DNA of 35,962 nucleotides from a virus (taxonomy: Duplodnaviria; Caudoviricetes). A program made the translations under genes and the position numbers. The DNA lies in the IMG/VR virus record IMGVR_UViG_3300032024_000154, positions 1-35,962 of that record. One strand, 5' to 3'. The notes beneath the pieces are model-generated. The model made no database searches. It had not been told where the DNA came from and was given only the letters and a program-made list of their open reading frames with translations. Of this stretch, positions 34,419 to 35,962 are shown piece by piece (position 1 is the first letter of the stretch; the number at the start of each line of letters is the position of its first letter).

Positions 34419-35818
34419 TGAAGTTCAAAGGCCAGGCCAAGGTGATCCCCGCGAACACGGACGGCATTTTCCTGCCGTTTCAAAGCCGGTGGATCACCGA
34501 CAACAGCCGCCTCAAGCTGATGGAAAAGTCGCGCCAGATCGGTATCAGTTGGGCGTCTGCCTACGCCGCCGACGAGCGCACGGCCGCGCAGGGCGCGCGG
34601 TTTGACCAATGGGTGAGCAGCCGGGACGATCTGCAGGCGCGCCTGTTCATTGAAGACTGCAAAATGTGGGCGGGTGTGATGCACCTGGCGGCGAAGGACC
34701 TGGGTGAAGTGGTGCTGGACCCAAAGGACCGCATCAGCGCCTACGTGATCGAGTTTGCCAGCGGCAAGCGCATCCACAGCATGAGCAGCAACCCGGACGC
34801 ACAGGCCGGCAAGCGCGGCGGCCGCATTCTGGATGAGTTCGCCCTGCACCCGGACCCGCGCAAGCTGTGGGCCATTGCCTACCCCGGCATCACCTGGGGC
34901 GGCAGCATGGAGCTGATCAGCACGCACCGGGGTTCGCACAACTTTTTCAATCAGTTGATCCGCGAGGTGCGCGAGCACAAAAATCCCAAGGGCATCAGCC
35001 TGCACCGCGTCACGCTGCAGGATGCGCTGGACCAGGGATTTCTGTTCAAGCTGCAGCAGATGCTGCCCGCCGACGATGAGCGCCAGGCGATGGACGAAGC
35101 GGCTTACTTCGACTTTGTGAAGTCGGGCTGCGCCGACGCTGAGAGCTTCGAGCAGGAATACATGTGCAACCCGGCCGATGACGACGTGGCCTTCCTTGAA
35201 TACGGTTTGATCACCGCCTCGGAATATGCCGCCGGCGTTGACTGGCAGCAGATCGGCAGCGGGCGGCTGTTCGCGGGAATCGACATCGGCCGCAAGCACG
35301 ATTTGACGGTGCTGTGGGTGTTTGAGCAGCAGGGCGACGTGCTGTACACGCGCCACGTCGAGGCGCTGCAAAACATGCGCAAAAGCGAGCAGGAGAAGAT
35401 TCTCTGGCCCTGGATTGAGCGCTGCGACCGCACCTGCATCGACCAGACCGGGCTGGGTATTGGCTGGGTCGATGATGCGCAGGACAAATACGGTGAGAGC
35501 CGGGTCGAGGGGGTCAATTTCACCGGGCAAACCAAGGAAGCGATGGCCTACCCGGTGCGCGGCGCGATGGAAGACCGCACCCTGCGCATCCCTTATGACC
35601 CTAAAATCCGCGCCGACCTGCGCCAGGTGACCAAGCAGGTCACACCGACGGGCAATATCCGTTTTACGGCCGAGCGCACAGCGGATGGCCACGCCGACCA
35701 TTTTTGGGCGCTGGCGCTGGCCAAACAGGCGGCTTCAAACCCCTCCGCGCCCATCGAATTCATGAGCAGCGGCCCGCGCGAGTCCGCGCAGCTTGGAGGT
35801 TTTTCTTATGGCTACTAA
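34418..35818 (+). CDS. terminase large subunit, Mu gp28-like
   Basis: LPFQ..W, EKSRQIGISW, ILDEFA, ISTH.G, GIDIGR..D, IDQTGLG, HAD.FWALAL. Confidence 0.95.
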   Translation: MKFKGQAKVIPANTDGIFLPFQSRWITDNSRLKLMEKSRQIGISWASAYAADERTAAQGARFDQWVSSRDDLQARLFIEDCKMWAGVMHLAAKDLGEVVLDPKDRISAYVIEFASGKRIHSMSSNPDAQAGKRGGRILDEFALHPDPRKLWAIAYPGITWGGSMELISTHRGSHNFFNQLIREVREHKNPKGISLHRVTLQDALDQGFLFKLQQMLPADDERQAMDEAAYFDFVKSGCADAESFEQEYMCNPADDDVAFLEYGLITASEYAAGVDWQQIGSGRLFAGIDIGRKHDLTVLWVFEQQGDVLYTRHVEALQNMRKSEQEKILWPWIERCDRTCIDQTGLGIGWVDDAQDKYGESRVEGVNFTGQTKEAMAYPVRGAMEDRTLRIPYDPKIRADLRQVTKQVTPTGNIRFTAERTADGHADHFWALALAKQAASNPSAPIEFMSSGPRESAQLGGFSYGY

Positions 35819-35962
35819 AAAGACGTTAACCGCTGCAGCGCCAGTGCTTGACACGGAGGTCGCGAACCGGCTGCGCGACCCGTTTGAGACCAACTACCTG
35901 GGCGTGCTGCGCACCAATGACCCGCTGCTGCTGGAGCGCGGCGGCAATGGCAGCTCGGCCTA
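35808..35962 (+). CDS. probable portal protein (Mu gp29-like), N-terminal fragment
   Basis: GGAGG RBS, overlaps TerL end, open to edge; NDPLL..RG motif and gene order. Confidence 0.65.
   Translation, partial: MATKKTLTAAAPVLDTEVANRLRDPFETNYLGVLRTNDPLLLERGGNGSSA

Larger units (their letters stand above)
1..35962. mobile_element. Mu/B3-like transposable (pro)phage, internal segment; siphovirus-type tail
   Basis: DDE transposase + ATPase pair, Gam, GemA, Mor, Mu gp27/gp28/gp29-like packaging genes, protease/capsid/neck/tail genes; no host genes or ends seen. Confidence 0.95.

Noticed and set aside
34283-35701. 472-aa minus-strand ORF
   Set aside because: Antisense shadow of the terminase gene.
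1-35962. CRISPR array, tRNA/rRNA, prophage ends
   Set aside because: No spaced direct repeats or RNA genes recognised by eye; both edges fall within phage genes.

Overview
The whole window is the interior of a high-GC, Mu/B3-like transposable phage or prophage with a siphovirus-type tail (no sheath gene seen). No phage ends or host genes are visible. A central switch (Xre repressor at ~29.4 kb, rightward; strong leftward early promoter) drives a long leftward early operon: Ner-like, IclR-HTH, DUF3102-like, DDE transposase, MuB-like ATPase, Gam, HD hydrolase, HNH-like, GemA, Mor. The late genes are split into two oppositely oriented arms. Protease/scaffold, capsid, neck and tail genes run leftward from 16.7 kb; lysis, terminase and portal genes run rightward from 31.4 kb. 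Both arms share an AAAGCGCTTT dyad centred exactly 43.5 bp before a probably leaderless ATG. The right-hand dyad appears bidirectional. It also points a small late operon antisense into the repressor-linked accessory operon, and the last ORF of that small operon begins with a 22-residue copy of a motif from the phage's own tail-tip protein. This is the best candidate for an undescribed defence/self-protection (decoy or antisense) module. All family names come from motif recognition and gene order, not database searches.
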